Below, one piece after another: positions 28,138 to 37,978 of a stretch of 45,845 nt of DNA. Numbering within the stretch: the stretch's first letter is position 1; each line of letters begins with the position of its first letter. The notes beneath the pieces were generated by a model, which was given only the letters and a program-made list of their open reading frames with translations, had not been told where the DNA came from and made no database searches. A program made the position numbers and the translations under genes. Source of the stretch: Candidatus Wolframiiraptor sinensis (lineage in GTDB: Archaea > Thermoproteota > Nitrososphaeria_A > Caldarchaeales > Wolframiiraptoraceae); contig JALNKA010000006.1 in the NCBI GenBank assembly GCA_023261815.1, forward strand, positions 1 to 45,845, read 5' to 3'.

Positions 28138-28851
28138 ATGCCGAAGAGCAGGCCGCCGGTTGCCATAGAGGTCTTGGACCTCCTGAACTTGGCGCGGCTC
28201 GCGATGAGCATGACGGATATACAGCCTCTCCTCTGGCTCTTCGAGCATAAGGGCGCGCTGATACTCGGAAGCCTCCTATCCATACCATACTGGCGCGGAG
28301 GCCTACCGATCTTCGTATATGCGCAGGCTCCGGATAATGTGCGGGGTGCGTGCTATCTAGCCTACACGAGCATGGAGCGCGAAGAGGCCCTCCTCGCGCG
28401 AAGCACCGATAGCAGCAGATACGTGTATGGGCCGATAATCGAGGTCGAGAGCCCGCCCGAGCCGTTCATCGAGGCACTCTCCTCCAGGCAGGCTCCGAGA
28501 CCCATGCCCATACCTGCTAGAGCTAAGAGCATTTCATCTCTTCTAAGAGCGCTCGTGACGCTGAGCGATGAAGCTTACTCACCGCCAATATGGCATTATG
28601 AGGCTGGAGAGGGGAAGCATATACTCGGCGTGATAACGCCGCTCTACGACTACTATGACGCTGACGCCCTCCCGATATTCCTCTATGTTGAGGTGGAGGA
28701 GGAACCGGGCCCATTCATAAGATACCTAGCGCTAAACGGCGAGGAGATAATCGAGTACTCCTCGAGCATATCCACGCCAAAATACTTCTATGGCCGGGTG
28801 GTGACTGTTAAGCAAATGCCCTTCCTGAGATCATTCAATGATCAGCGTTGA
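28138..28851 (+). CDS. Hypothetical protein with internal domain duplication
   Basis: Two halves of about 110 aa sharing W-x-F/Y...ILG...LPIFxY...Y-x-YG...V...P. Confidence 0.75.
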   Translation: MPKSRPPVAIEVLDLLNLARLAMSMTDIQPLLWLFEHKGALILGSLLSIPYWRGGLPIFVYAQAPDNVRGACYLAYTSMEREEALLARSTDSSRYVYGPIIEVESPPEPFIEALSSRQAPRPMPIPARAKSISSLLRALVTLSDEAYSPPIWHYEAGEGKHILGVITPLYDYYDADALPIFLYVEVEEEPGPFIRYLALNGEEIIEYSSSISTPKYFYGRVVTVKQMPFLRSFNDQR

Positions 28852-28861
28852 TGAATGCATT

Positions 28862-29005
28862 TTACTGCTTCCAAAGCTCCTTTCTCAACAGATCCCTGAC
28901 GGCGGTCCGCATCACAGCGCTCCTACTCGGGTAAGCTCCCCTTTTCACCAGCTCATCCATACCCTCGATCAATGCTTCAGGCATTTTAACAGAGATGAGC
29001 TTCAT
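28862..29005 (-). CDS. Small ribbon-helix-helix (CopG/CdrS-like) transcription factor, 47 aa
   Basis: Manual translation MKLISVKMPEALIEGMDELVKRGAYPSRSAVMRTAVRDLLRKELWKQ; GGTGA SD-like site upstream; below the ORF-track cutoff. Confidence 0.9.
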   Translation of the reverse strand: MKLISVKMPEALIEGMDELVKRGAYPSRSAVMRTAVRDLLRKELWKQ

Positions 29006-29275
29006 ACACCAGATTCACCCCGCGACCCCTAGTATTATCCCGGCCTCTCATAAAACTTTCCGGGAAGCATACACCCTGGGTTCTCAGTTTTACAGCAACA
29101 TGCATTTTACCTATAATTGAAAAATGCAAAAAACGATGCGTCTCTTAGGAGCGTGAAACAGCAGCATATTAGTTCTTCGCCTCCAGCGCTTAAATCCGGC
29201 CATGCCTAGGTTTATAAGTAACCTCTGAGCACATCATCCCTGGAGATATAGTTTGGAGTGAGGTGATCTGGAAAT

Positions 29276-30922
29276 ATGGCAGCGGAAATTCCCGTAATTA
29301 TTCTCCGTGAGGGGACTCAGAGGACGAGAGGAAGAGATGCTCAGCTCAATAACATAATGGTCGCCAAGGTGATCGCCGAGGCCATGCGCTCATCCCTAGG
29401 GCCTAGGGGCATGGATAAGATGCTCGTGGACAGTTTCGGGGACGTGACGATAACGAGCGACGGCGCTACGATCCTGAAGGAGATGGAGGTTGAGCACCCG
29501 GTCGCGAAGATGCTGGTCGAGGTGGCCAAGGCCCAGGACGCCGAGGTCGGAGATGGAACCACGACGGTCGTAGTACTCGCCGGAGAGCTGCTGGCGAAAG
29601 CTGAGGAGCTGATTGAGAAAGAAGTTCACCCGTCAATAATAATCGACGGTTATAAGAAAGCGGCAGTGAAGGCGTTGGAGGTATACGACCAGATAGCGGT
29701 GCCGGTCTCAGTAGAAGATAAGGAGACTCTGAAGAAGATCGCGAAGACGTCGATGTCCGCGAAAGTAGTCTCAGAGGACGCCGATTATTTGGCGGAGATA
29801 GTGGTTGACGCGATCCTGAGGGTCGCGGAGCAGGTCAATGGAAAGTGGACGGTGGATCTTGATAACATAAAGCTGGAGAAGAAGGAGGGCCAGTCAATAA
29901 GAGATACATCAATAATAGATGGAGTAGTCTTAGATAAGGAGGTTGTTCACCCCGGGATGCCAAAGATCGTGCACGACGCGAAGATAGCGCTTCTCGACGC
30001 GCCCCTCGAGATAGAGAAGACGGAGTTCGACGCCAAGCTCCACATAGAGACTCCCGAGCAGATGAAGGCCTTCATGGAGCAGGAGGAGCAGATGCTCAAG
30101 GAGATGGTCGATAAGATCGCCGCGGCGGGAGCAAACGTGGTCATATGCCAGAAGGGCATAGACGATGTCGCCCAGCACTTCCTAGCTAGGAAGGGAATCC
30201 TAGCGGTAAGAAGAGTGAAGAGGTCGGATATCGAGAAGGTCGCGAGAGCCACTGGAGCGAGGATAATCACGAGGATCGAGGAGATCTCGGAAAAGGATCT
30301 CGGCAGGGCGAAGCTCGTCGAGGAGAGAAGGGTCGGCGAGGACAAGATGGTCTTCATAGAGGGGTGCGAGAACCCGAAGGCAATAACGATATTGATCAGA
30401 GGTGGAACTAAGAGGCTCGTCGATGAGGCCGAGAGATCGATAAAGGATGCGCTGAACGTGGTGAAGGACGTGCTCGTAGAGCCCAAAATCGTGGCCGGCG
30501 GAGGTGCGCCCGAGATAGAGATTTCACTCGCGCTGAGGGACTACGCGAAGACGCTGCCCGGCAAGGAGCAGCTCGCGGTGGAGAAGTTCGCCGAGGCCGT
30601 GGAGATAGTCCCAGCACAGCTCGCGGAGAACGCGGGTCTCGACCCCATCGAGGCGCTCGTAAACCTGAGGGCGAAGCACAAGGAAGGCCAGAGATGGGCT
30701 GGGATAAACGTCTTCGAGGGCAAGATCGATGACATGTACAAGCTCAATGTCTTGGAGCCGGTCTTGGTCAAGAAGCAGGCGATAAAATCCGCCGTAGAGG
30801 CGGCTGCAATGATACTCCGGATCGACGACATAATAGCAGCATCGAGACTGGAGGAGAAGAAGGGCGGCAAGGGTAAAGAGGAGAAGGAGGAGGAGGAAGA
30901 GACATCCACATCTACTGACTGA
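29276..30922 (+). CDS. ths: Thermosome (group II chaperonin) subunit
   Basis: [35 protein letters not shown]. Confidence 0.97.
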   Translation: MAAEIPVIILREGTQRTRGRDAQLNNIMVAKVIAEAMRSSLGPRGMDKMLVDSFGDVTITSDGATILKEMEVEHPVAKMLVEVAKAQDAEVGDGTTTVVVLAGELLAKAEELIEKEVHPSIIIDGYKKAAVKALEVYDQIAVPVSVEDKETLKKIAKTSMSAKVVSEDADYLAEIVVDAILRVAEQVNGKWTVDLDNIKLEKKEGQSIRDTSIIDGVVLDKEVVHPGMPKIVHDAKIALLDAPLEIEKTEFDAKLHIETPEQMKAFMEQEEQMLKEMVDKIAAAGANVVICQKGIDDVAQHFLARKGILAVRRVKRSDIEKVARATGARIITRIEEISEKDLGRAKLVEERRVGEDKMVFIEGCENPKAITILIRGGTKRLVDEAERSIKDALNVVKDVLVEPKIVAGGGAPEIEISLALRDYAKTLPGKEQLAVEKFAEAVEIVPAQLAENAGLDPIEALVNLRAKHKEGQRWAGINVFEGKIDDMYKLNVLEPVLVKKQAIKSAVEAAAMILRIDDIIAASRLEEKKGGKGKEEKEEEEETSTSTD

Positions 30923-30932
30923 GGATAAGAAG

Positions 30933-31190
30933 ATGAGTGAGGACCCCTACAAGTCCCGTCCCCTCACCAGATACGAGAAGGCCAGAATAATTGCTGGAAG
31001 AGCGTTGCAGCTGGCGCTCGGAGCATTTCCGCTAGTCCCGGTTAAGCCTGACGACACACCGATAGAGATAGCGAGGCGGGAGTTCGAGGCAGGAGTCCTG
31101 CCGATCATAATCAAGAGAAGAAAACCCGATGGAAGCTACGTCAACATACCATTAAAGGACCTGCTAAAGCCTATTGAGGAGATTGCGTAA
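30933..31190 (+). CDS. rpoK: RNA polymerase subunit Rpo6 (K)
   Basis: LTRYEKARIIAGRALQL, IARREF, LPIIIKR. Confidence 0.95.
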   Translation: MSEDPYKSRPLTRYEKARIIAGRALQLALGAFPLVPVKPDDTPIEIARREFEAGVLPIIIKRRKPDGSYVNIPLKDLLKPIEEIA

Positions 31191-31329
31191 AGCGCTCTTT
31201 TCATTTTATCCCCATTTTATTCTTTTCCTGGATTATTTGCAAGCTTTCCTCCCATAGTGTTACCTGCGTATTTACTCGAGGCTTCCTTTCGCGCATAGTT
31301 TAATTTCCGGAAGGGTAGTTAGGCCATAG

Positions 31330-32412
31330 ATGTATCGCGCGGGATTGAGGGAGCTCAAGCTCATCTACTCATCAAAGCCTAAATGGTATTTCAGGCAGGC
31401 TGAGAGGACCCTGACCGCGATACTCGAGTCATATCTCTCAATCTTCGAGCCGAAAAAGCTGCTAAGAGCCCTCGCCTCGCCGACATTCTTCGACGGCTTA
31501 GTTGCATCAGCCTCCCTGGATGAGCTGGGAGGAGGGGCCACGAGCATAGTCGCCGTAACTCTAAAGAATTTCATAAGGCCCGATTCCGGCCTCGCCGTTG
31601 TCGGGGGAAAGAGACCGCATGGATATAAGGTTCCGGAGGAGCTGGATGCGCTCGCGAGCATCTTCGGATTCGATGAAAAGACGTTGGAGCGGCTGAAGTA
31701 TGCCAGCAGGATGGTCGCTAAGGTCGATAGCGCCGCGATACAGGATGGGTTCCAGCTATACCTCCACCTTATGATAGTGAGCTGGGATGGCGCGTGGGTG
31801 ATAATTCAGCAGGGGATTAAGCCCATGACAAACCTCGTCAGGAGATATCACTGGATCTCGGCGCAGTTGAGGAGCTTCGTCGAGGAGCCTCATAGCGGGA
31901 TAGTCTCGGCGGCGAGAGAGGAGATCGTGCTCGACATGACGAGCCGGGATAGCCGAGAGTCCAGGAAAGCATGCGTCGAGGCCGTGAACAACGATATAGA
32001 GGCGCTGAAGAAGTTCAGCAGGGGGATAGCCGGAGGACAATCAACACTCATAGAGTTCGATGCCGGGGAGCCGAGAAAATTCCCGCTAAGCATACCAAAG
32101 GTCAGCTGGTCATCCCTCCTAGCGATTCACGAGTCATCTCCTGAAGATTATGAGGCGCTTCTAGCGATCAGGGGCGTCGGCCCGAGCATGGTGAGGTTCC
32201 TGGCGGCGGCCGCCGCTGCCCTTTACGATGCCCCGCCGAGCTTCAGGGATCCCGCGATATTATTCAGCGAGCTGCCGGTGAAGATGGGGACCGATAAGCC
32301 GCTCTACGAGCTCGTCGAGGCGATAAAAAACTCGAGGCTGAGCTTTGCCGAGAAGAGGAAGGCCCTCAATAGGTTGATATCGGTCTTCAAGCGCCTCGAG
32401 GAGTATTCCTGA
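31330..32412 (+). CDS. DUF763 family protein
   Basis: SRMVAKVDSAAIQDGFQLYLH, WVIIQQG, RRYHW, EEPHSG, HhH-like IRGVGP. Confidence 0.88.
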   Translation: MYRAGLRELKLIYSSKPKWYFRQAERTLTAILESYLSIFEPKKLLRALASPTFFDGLVASASLDELGGGATSIVAVTLKNFIRPDSGLAVVGGKRPHGYKVPEELDALASIFGFDEKTLERLKYASRMVAKVDSAAIQDGFQLYLHLMIVSWDGAWVIIQQGIKPMTNLVRRYHWISAQLRSFVEEPHSGIVSAAREEIVLDMTSRDSRESRKACVEAVNNDIEALKKFSRGIAGGQSTLIEFDAGEPRKFPLSIPKVSWSSLLAIHESSPEDYEALLAIRGVGPSMVRFLAAAAAALYDAPPSFRDPAILFSELPVKMGTDKPLYELVEAIKNSRLSFAEKRKALNRLISVFKRLEEYS

Positions 32413-32417
32413 AGAGG

Positions 32418-33497
32418 CTAGCGCTCCCTCTTCCCGGCTATGAACTCCTCGACCATCTGCCTCGCGACGTCATCCGGGTACTGGATTGGCGGGCTCTTCA
32501 TGAAGTAGGCTGAGGGGCTGATTAGAACTCCGGCAACGCCGCGATCCTTACCTATCTTCGCGCAGCGGATGGCGTCTATGACGACTCCCGCGGAGTTCGG
32601 GCTATCCCAGACCTCGAGCTTCGCCTCAATGTTTAGTGGGCAGCCGCCGAAGGCCGTCCCCTCGATCCTGATATAGCACCACTTCCTATCCTTGAGCCAA
32701 GGCACGTAGTCGCTCGGCCCTATGTGAATGTTCTCCTCTCCTATGTCGTATGGTATTAGACTCGCGACGGCACTCGTCTTCGAGATCTTCTTCGAGGTCA
32801 ACCTCTCCCTCTCAAGCATGTTGAGGAAATCCGTGTTGCCGCCGAAGTTGAGCTGATAAGTCCTCTCGATCTTCACGCCCCTATCAACCAGGAGCTTTAC
32901 AAGTACCCTGTGAAGTATCGTGGCGCCGACCTGGCTCTTGACATCATCGCCTATCACCGGGACCCCGCGCTTCTCGAATATCTCCTGCCACCTGGGCTCC
33001 CTGGCTATGAAGACCGGTATGCCGTTGACGAAAGCGGCGCCGGCGTCGAGGACCTGCTCGACATACCACTTCGTCGCCGACTCGCTTCCGACCGGAAGGA
33101 AGTTCACGACGACGTCTGCACCGGCGCTCTTCAGGACATCGGCGACGTCCACGGTCGGCGATGGATGCTTCTCTATCACCCCTTGGAGGTATTTTCCGAG
33201 GCTATCATGCGTCATCCCTCTCATGACCTCGACTCCGATCCTTGGGACATCGGCGAACTTCATGGTGCAGTTCGGAGGAGCGAAGATCGCCTCTGAAAGA
33301 TCCTTGCCGACCTTATTCTTGTCTATGTCGAATGCTGCCACGAACTCGATATCGCTGACATGATATGGGCCAAGTTTGACATGCATCAGCCCGGGAATAA
33401 AATCATTCTCATCAGCATCCCTATAGTAGTAGACTCCTTGGACTAGGGCTGAGGCGCAGTTGCCAACGCCAATGATCGCGACCCTAACCTTGGGCAT
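32418..33497 (-). CDS. ino1: myo-inositol-1-phosphate synthase
   Basis: [47 protein letters not shown]. Confidence 0.96.
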   Translation of the reverse strand: MPKVRVAIIGVGNCASALVQGVYYYRDADENDFIPGLMHVKLGPYHVSDIEFVAAFDIDKNKVGKDLSEAIFAPPNCTMKFADVPRIGVEVMRGMTHDSLGKYLQGVIEKHPSPTVDVADVLKSAGADVVVNFLPVGSESATKWYVEQVLDAGAAFVNGIPVFIAREPRWQEIFEKRGVPVIGDDVKSQVGATILHRVLVKLLVDRGVKIERTYQLNFGGNTDFLNMLERERLTSKKISKTSAVASLIPYDIGEENIHIGPSDYVPWLKDRKWCYIRIEGTAFGGCPLNIEAKLEVWDSPNSAGVVIDAIRCAKIGKDRGVAGVLISPSAYFMKSPPIQYPDDVARQMVEEFIAGKRER

Positions 33498-33548
33498 ACA
33501 TATTCGGTGTTCTCGGCGGCTTATAGCTATTTCATGCCCATGAAATAG

Positions 33549-33875
33549 CTATAGCCTCTCCGACAGCTCCTTCAGGAAGCTTTTGGCCGTCTCGAGCGCC
33601 CTCTCACCCTTCCTCGTCAGGACGTAATATTTTCTCTGAGGCCCCCTGCTATCGGCCTCGGAGCCCGCTGAGGCTATCAGCCCCTCTGATTGCAGCTTGT
33701 AGAGGACGATGTAGCAGGTTACTCTGCCGGGCTTAAAGCCGAATCTCTCCTCGATCCTCTTCACGATTTCATAGCCGTAAAGTGGGCCCCCCTTGAGCAG
33801 GCTCAGGACGTAGAGCCAGAGATTCTCGACCGTCAGCTTCCGAACAAGCCTCATGTAAGCCGCGGTCTCCCTCAA
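33549..33875 (-). CDS. PadR-family transcription regulator
   Basis: LYGYEI...YIVLYKLQSEGLI...RKYYVLTRKG; directly upstream of ino1. Confidence 0.92.
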   Translation of the reverse strand: MRETAAYMRLVRKLTVENLWLYVLSLLKGGPLYGYEIVKRIEERFGFKPGRVTCYIVLYKLQSEGLIASAGSEADSRGPQRKYYVLTRKGERALETAKSFLKELSERL

Positions 33876-33899
33876 ACCCCCTCCTCGGCACGAGCACTA

Positions 33900-34313
33900 C
33901 TCCGGGTGGATAAGAAGCTTGCTTGAGGTTCCTAGGACTGTGTAAGCCGACGCGGGAGGAATTGAAGAAGTATGAGGAGAGAAGCGGAGAGAAATACAGG
34001 AAGCGATATAGCGGCTGTGCTAGGAGATGTCTGAATTCGCTGACAATTGCCGTATTGAGGAAGGAGAAGGTGATTTCTCCGCCAAGGGCAAGGAACCGGA
34101 AGGAGATACTGAGGAGGTTGCTAGGAATTCTGAAGGCCTACAATGGGCTATTGTGGGTGGAGGGGCAGGATAAAGCCCTAATGAGGCCTGTGGTGGGATC
34201 TTAGATGCTCCATAAAGGAGTGGTTATCTCTTTGATGCAGGCGAAGGGTCGTCCAAATGCCCCCTCCCTTTCCAAACCCCCCTTTTCTTTTTAGTTTTTA
34301 ATTTTTAGTTTTT
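33900..34313 (+). mobile_element. Truncated IS110/Nop-domain-like element, copy 2 (C-terminal gene fragment, structured RNA, T-rich end)
   Basis: LRFLGLCKPT...SGEKYRKRYSGCARRCLN...LRRLLGIL, homologous to 18996-19259; upstream boundary uncertain. Confidence 0.65.
34159..34267 (+). ncRNA. Putative dual-guide RNA, copy 2 (9-mers GGGATCTTA at 34195-34203 and TATCTCTTT at 34225-34233)
   Basis: Same nested stems and TGGT-N9-GA frames as copy 1, with identical 21-nt spacing between the 9-mers. Confidence 0.72.
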
Positions 34314-34322
34314 TAAGATCCC
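34311..34322 (+). promoter_or_regulatory. Probable TATA box of the HAD hydrolase gene; putative target half-site TAAGATCCC (34314-34322)
   Basis: TTTTAAG about 30 nt upstream of ATG 34347; exact reverse complement of the 9-mer at 34195-34203. Confidence 0.65.
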
Positions 34323-34346
34323 CAAAATTTCCAGCGAGCGAATGCC

Positions 34347-35138
34347 ATGAAGTACCGCGGAGTGATAATGGACTTGGATGGCTGCGTCTACCTCGACTAC
34401 GTGCCCACGGAGGGCGCAGTGGAAGCCCTGAATAAGCTCAGAAGCCTGGGGGTTAGAGTGATCTACGTCACGAATAATCCTGAGACGACATCGGAGGAGC
34501 TTGCTGAGAGGCTCCGCGGACTCGGCGTCGAGTGCTCGCCCGAGGACTTTCTAACAGTTGGGGAAGCAGCCGCATCCTACATATCCTCGAGATCCGGTTC
34601 GAGCAGGGTTCTAGTGATCGCCGGAGATGGTGTCAGGGAGTATTGCAGGCGCATGGGGCATAGGATCTTAGATCTCGATGAGTGGAGCGAGGCCGAGTAC
34701 GTCGTCGTCGGCTTCGACCGCGAGATAAATTACCGGAAGCTCGTGGCGGGATTAAGAGCGCTACTGAATGGCGCGGTGTTCATAGGAACGAATCCCGATG
34801 CGGTTCACCCGGGAAGAAATGGGCCGGAGCCCGGGTCTGGGGCCTTCGTCGTCATATTCGAGTACATGACTGGGATTAAGCCGATAATAGTTGGAAAGCC
34901 CTCCAAGATAATAATGGAGCAGGCTTTGAGGAGGCTCGACATGAGGCCAGAGGAGGTCCTCGTAGTGGGTGATAGAGTAGACACGGATATTAAGGCGGGC
35001 AGGGCCATCGGAGCAGATACAGCGCTCGTCTTAACCGGGATAACTAAGGAGAAGGATCTCCCGAGCATACCGCCAGATCTCAAGCCCACCTACGTCTTCA
35101 GAAGCCTGCGCGAGCTAGTGGAGAGGCTTTATCCCTGA
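34347..35138 (+). CDS. HAD-IIA (NagD-like) hydrolase
   Basis: DLDGCV, VTNN, TNPD, GKPS, VGDRVDTDI, LVLTG. Confidence 0.93.
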   Translation: MKYRGVIMDLDGCVYLDYVPTEGAVEALNKLRSLGVRVIYVTNNPETTSEELAERLRGLGVECSPEDFLTVGEAAASYISSRSGSSRVLVIAGDGVREYCRRMGHRILDLDEWSEAEYVVVGFDREINYRKLVAGLRALLNGAVFIGTNPDAVHPGRNGPEPGSGAFVVIFEYMTGIKPIIVGKPSKIIMEQALRRLDMRPEEVLVVGDRVDTDIKAGRAIGADTALVLTGITKEKDLPSIPPDLKPTYVFRSLRELVERLYP

Positions 35139-35605
35139 GGCGGCCTGCCCGATACTGGAAGCCTGTAATCCTCCTTCACCGTTCTCAGGACTATTTTCGT
35201 CTCCGTGGAAGCCACGCCATCAAGCTTACCTATCTCATCCAAGATCCTCGCGAGATCCTCATTGCTCCTAGCCCTAACCTTGATGAGGCAGTAGTGCTCG
35301 CCGGTGACGTCGTGCACCTCCAGGACCTCGGGCATCTCAGAAAGTTTCTCGAGCACCTCCTCATACTTCGGCGGCCTAACGGTTACGGCGATGAAGGCTG
35401 TCACAGTGTAGCCGAGCTTCTCGGCATCCACGATCGCCTGTATCTTCCTGATAACCCCAAGACTCAGAAGTCTCTTGATCCTAGAGTAGACAGCCGCCTC
35501 GCTCATCCCTATCCTCTTCGCAATCTCGGAGTAGGATGCCCTACCATCCTCCTGCAGCATTTCAATTATCTCCAAATCCTTCCGATCCAAGAATTCCTTC
35601 CTCAT
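35129..35605 (-). CDS. Lrp/AsnC family regulator
   Basis: LDRKDLEIIEMLQEDGRASYSEIAK...RIKRL; VTGEH. Confidence 0.94.
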   Translation of the reverse strand: MRKEFLDRKDLEIIEMLQEDGRASYSEIAKRIGMSEAAVYSRIKRLLSLGVIRKIQAIVDAEKLGYTVTAFIAVTVRPPKYEEVLEKLSEMPEVLEVHDVTGEHYCLIKVRARSNEDLARILDEIGKLDGVASTETKIVLRTVKEDYRLPVSGRPPQG

Positions 35606-35745
35606 CCATCAGAATCTTCACAGCATATCCGATATATTTTTTATTACGCGATTTTTATTAGCTATTAACGATAGGCTGCTTCATAGAGCCCCCACCTATT
35701 CTGTGAAGGCGTAATGGTGGGGGTTGAGAAGGGAGCCGAGCCGGC

Positions 35746-36705
35746 ATGGGCTGCAGGATTGGAGTCGCGTGGGGCGAGGAGCTCTTAGATTACAGCTTCC
35801 CCTTTCCCCACCCATTTAGGAGGGATAGGGCCGTAGCGTTCTACAAGGAGTTGAGCAACCTCGCCGAGCATCTAGCCAACTCTATAATCGCGGTGAAGCC
35901 TGAGCAGGCATCCCTAGAGGATGTCCTCCTCTTCCATGAAGCCGGCTACGTGGATTTCGTCAAGAAGAAGTCCGAGGATGGGCACGGATACCTCGACTAC
36001 GGAGATACTCCCGCGTTCAAGGGGTGCTATGAGGCGTCGCTCTACGTGGTTGGCGCGACCCTAAAGCTCGTCAAGCTCATACTCGCCGGAGAAATAGATC
36101 ATGGTTTCAACCCGATCGGAGGGCTTCATCACGCTAGGAGGAGCTCGGCGGCGGGATTCTGCATATTCAATGACGCGGCCATAGCAATAGAATACCTCCT
36201 GAAGAGAGAGAAAATGCCCGAGATCCTCTATGTAGACATAGATGCGCATCATGGCGATGGAGTCTTCTACAGCTTCTATGATGATGGCCGCGTCAGGATA
36301 CTCGATGTGCATCAGAATGGGAGAACGCTTTATCCCGGAACAGGGTTCCCGCATGAGAGGGGCGCCGGCAGCGCCATCGGAACGAAGCTCAATATCAACC
36401 TCCTGCCAGGAGCAGGAGTCGAGGAGTTCAAGGAGGCCTGGAATGAGATGGCCGAAGAGTTCCTAGCGAAGTCAAGGCCCAGCTTCATAATACTTCAGGC
36501 TGGAGCCGATGGACTCGCGGGAGACCCGCTCACAAGCCTGAACTACACGGAGGAGGTTCACGTCTTCGTGGCATCACGTCTTCATGAACTCGCGCATGAG
36601 AGGTGCGGTGGCAGGCTGCTCGCCCTCGGCGGAGGAGGCTATGATCTTTCGAATGTGGCCAAAGCTTGGACGGCGGTCGTAAGGGCCCTCGTTAATCGAT
36701 CCTGA
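35746..36705 (+). CDS. Zn-dependent deacetylase (HDAC/AcuC family)
   Basis: GGLHHA, GFCIFND, DIDAHHGDG, YPGTG, GADG..GDPL, GGGGY. Confidence 0.93.
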   Translation: MGCRIGVAWGEELLDYSFPFPHPFRRDRAVAFYKELSNLAEHLANSIIAVKPEQASLEDVLLFHEAGYVDFVKKKSEDGHGYLDYGDTPAFKGCYEASLYVVGATLKLVKLILAGEIDHGFNPIGGLHHARRSSAAGFCIFNDAAIAIEYLLKREKMPEILYVDIDAHHGDGVFYSFYDDGRVRILDVHQNGRTLYPGTGFPHERGAGSAIGTKLNINLLPGAGVEEFKEAWNEMAEEFLAKSRPSFIILQAGADGLAGDPLTSLNYTEEVHVFVASRLHELAHERCGGRLLALGGGGYDLSNVAKAWTAVVRALVNRS

Positions 36706-37108
36706 TCTTATAGCCCACGATCTTCTTCTTCGCGACCACCTCTAAGACGCCCTCCTTATACCTCGCTCTCACGGTCCTCGGATCTATCTTCGCCGGAAGC
36801 CTCACGTGGAGGACGTATCTCCTTCCCTCGCCGCCTCTCAAGGGAGACCTGCACGGTGCCTCTATCCTGAAGTAATCCTCTCCCGCGATGAGCCCTATCT
36901 CATCCTTGCTGGATCCCGGCAGATCGGCCGTCAACCTGACCTCATCCCCGGACTCGTAGACATTGTAGAGGGGCATTATGCAGCCGCTCCTCTCCTCCGC
37001 CTCCCTCATTAGCCTGAAGAACTCATCCTCCATCCTGCTCATCTCGGCCTCAATCCTCCTAAACTCGTCGAGAATCCTCCTCCAAATGCTTCTTCTCCAC
37101 TCCTCCAT
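36692..37108 (-). CDS. Small heat-shock protein (Hsp20)
   Basis: ADLPG..KDEI, ARYKEGVLEV. Confidence 0.9.
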   Translation of the reverse strand: MEEWRRSIWRRILDEFRRIEAEMSRMEDEFFRLMREAEERSGCIMPLYNVYESGDEVRLTADLPGSSKDEIGLIAGEDYFRIEAPCRSPLRGGEGRRYVLHVRLPAKIDPRTVRARYKEGVLEVVAKKKIVGYKIRID

Positions 37109-37119
37109 CCCGGATCACC

Positions 37120-37881
37120 TCACAGGTAGACTGGGGGGAGCTCGAGCTCCTTGGACTTCTGTATCCCGCGCATCACCTGATCCGTCCTCATCATCAAATC
37201 CCTGAGCTTGAGTCTGAGCTCCTCAGCGCTCTCGAGCAGAGGCTTAACATCTATCTCGATTCCCAGTAGTCTCGAGAGGTAGGAGACGACCTGGCCCGCC
37301 GCCCCCGGGTCCGGGTAATTATAGTGAGCTTGAGCGAGTATTATCGCGGCGTCGAGCCCGGCTCTCACGGCTTCCCTGAGAAGCATCCCTTTTATCCCCG
37401 CGATGAATCCATCCTTAAACCTATTAGCGCCATTCAGCTTGATCAGCATCTCGGTTATCTCCGGCCTGCTCCCGAGAACGTAGATCTCCGGCTTCTCGAT
37501 GTCGAGCCTATTCGGCTCCGGTATCCCTGAGATAGAGATAAGGAGCTTCCCATCCTTTCTCTTAATCCAGTCCACGATGCTCTGCGAGAGAGGCTTGATG
37601 ATATAGGGCGGTATTGGGACGTCCGAGATTATCGCGACCACCTTATCCCTATGATAAATCCTGATGAGCTCCTTAATCTGCTCATTTCTCACGGAGATCA
37701 ATGGGGGCAGAAGCTCAGCGTCAATATACCCGACCTCCCTCATCTCAAGCCTATCAACGATGTAGGATGCAGCTATGGCCCCCACGAGCCCGACATCCGG
37801 AAACCCCTCGATGAAGATCAGGTCGCCCCCCTGGATCGGCTCGACCTCGACTATGCTTATCCCCTCAACTTGGGACATCAA
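37120..37881 (-). CDS. Proteasome assembly chaperone (PAC2) family protein
   Basis: EGFPDVGLVGAIAA, PDPGAA, IDVKPLLESAE, C-terminal HbYX-like VYL. Confidence 0.88.
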   Translation of the reverse strand: MMSQVEGISIVEVEPIQGGDLIFIEGFPDVGLVGAIAASYIVDRLEMREVGYIDAELLPPLISVRNEQIKELIRIYHRDKVVAIISDVPIPPYIIKPLSQSIVDWIKRKDGKLLISISGIPEPNRLDIEKPEIYVLGSRPEITEMLIKLNGANRFKDGFIAGIKGMLLREAVRAGLDAAIILAQAHYNYPDPGAAGQVVSYLSRLLGIEIDVKPLLESAEELRLKLRDLMMRTDQVMRGIQKSKELELPPVYL

Positions 37882-37978
37882 GTAATCTCCGGAAACCCCC
37901 TAGATAAACTTGCGCAAAATGATGAGGAAAATATTTTTTAAAAGGATTCTCTACCGCCATCACGGGCGGTGAATTCTC

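Noticed and set aside
33923-34267. TnpB remnant with omega RNA
   Set aside because: No CxxC zinc finger or RuvC-III DxNAA motif, and the variable segments are internal paired 9-mers rather than a 3' flank-derived guide.
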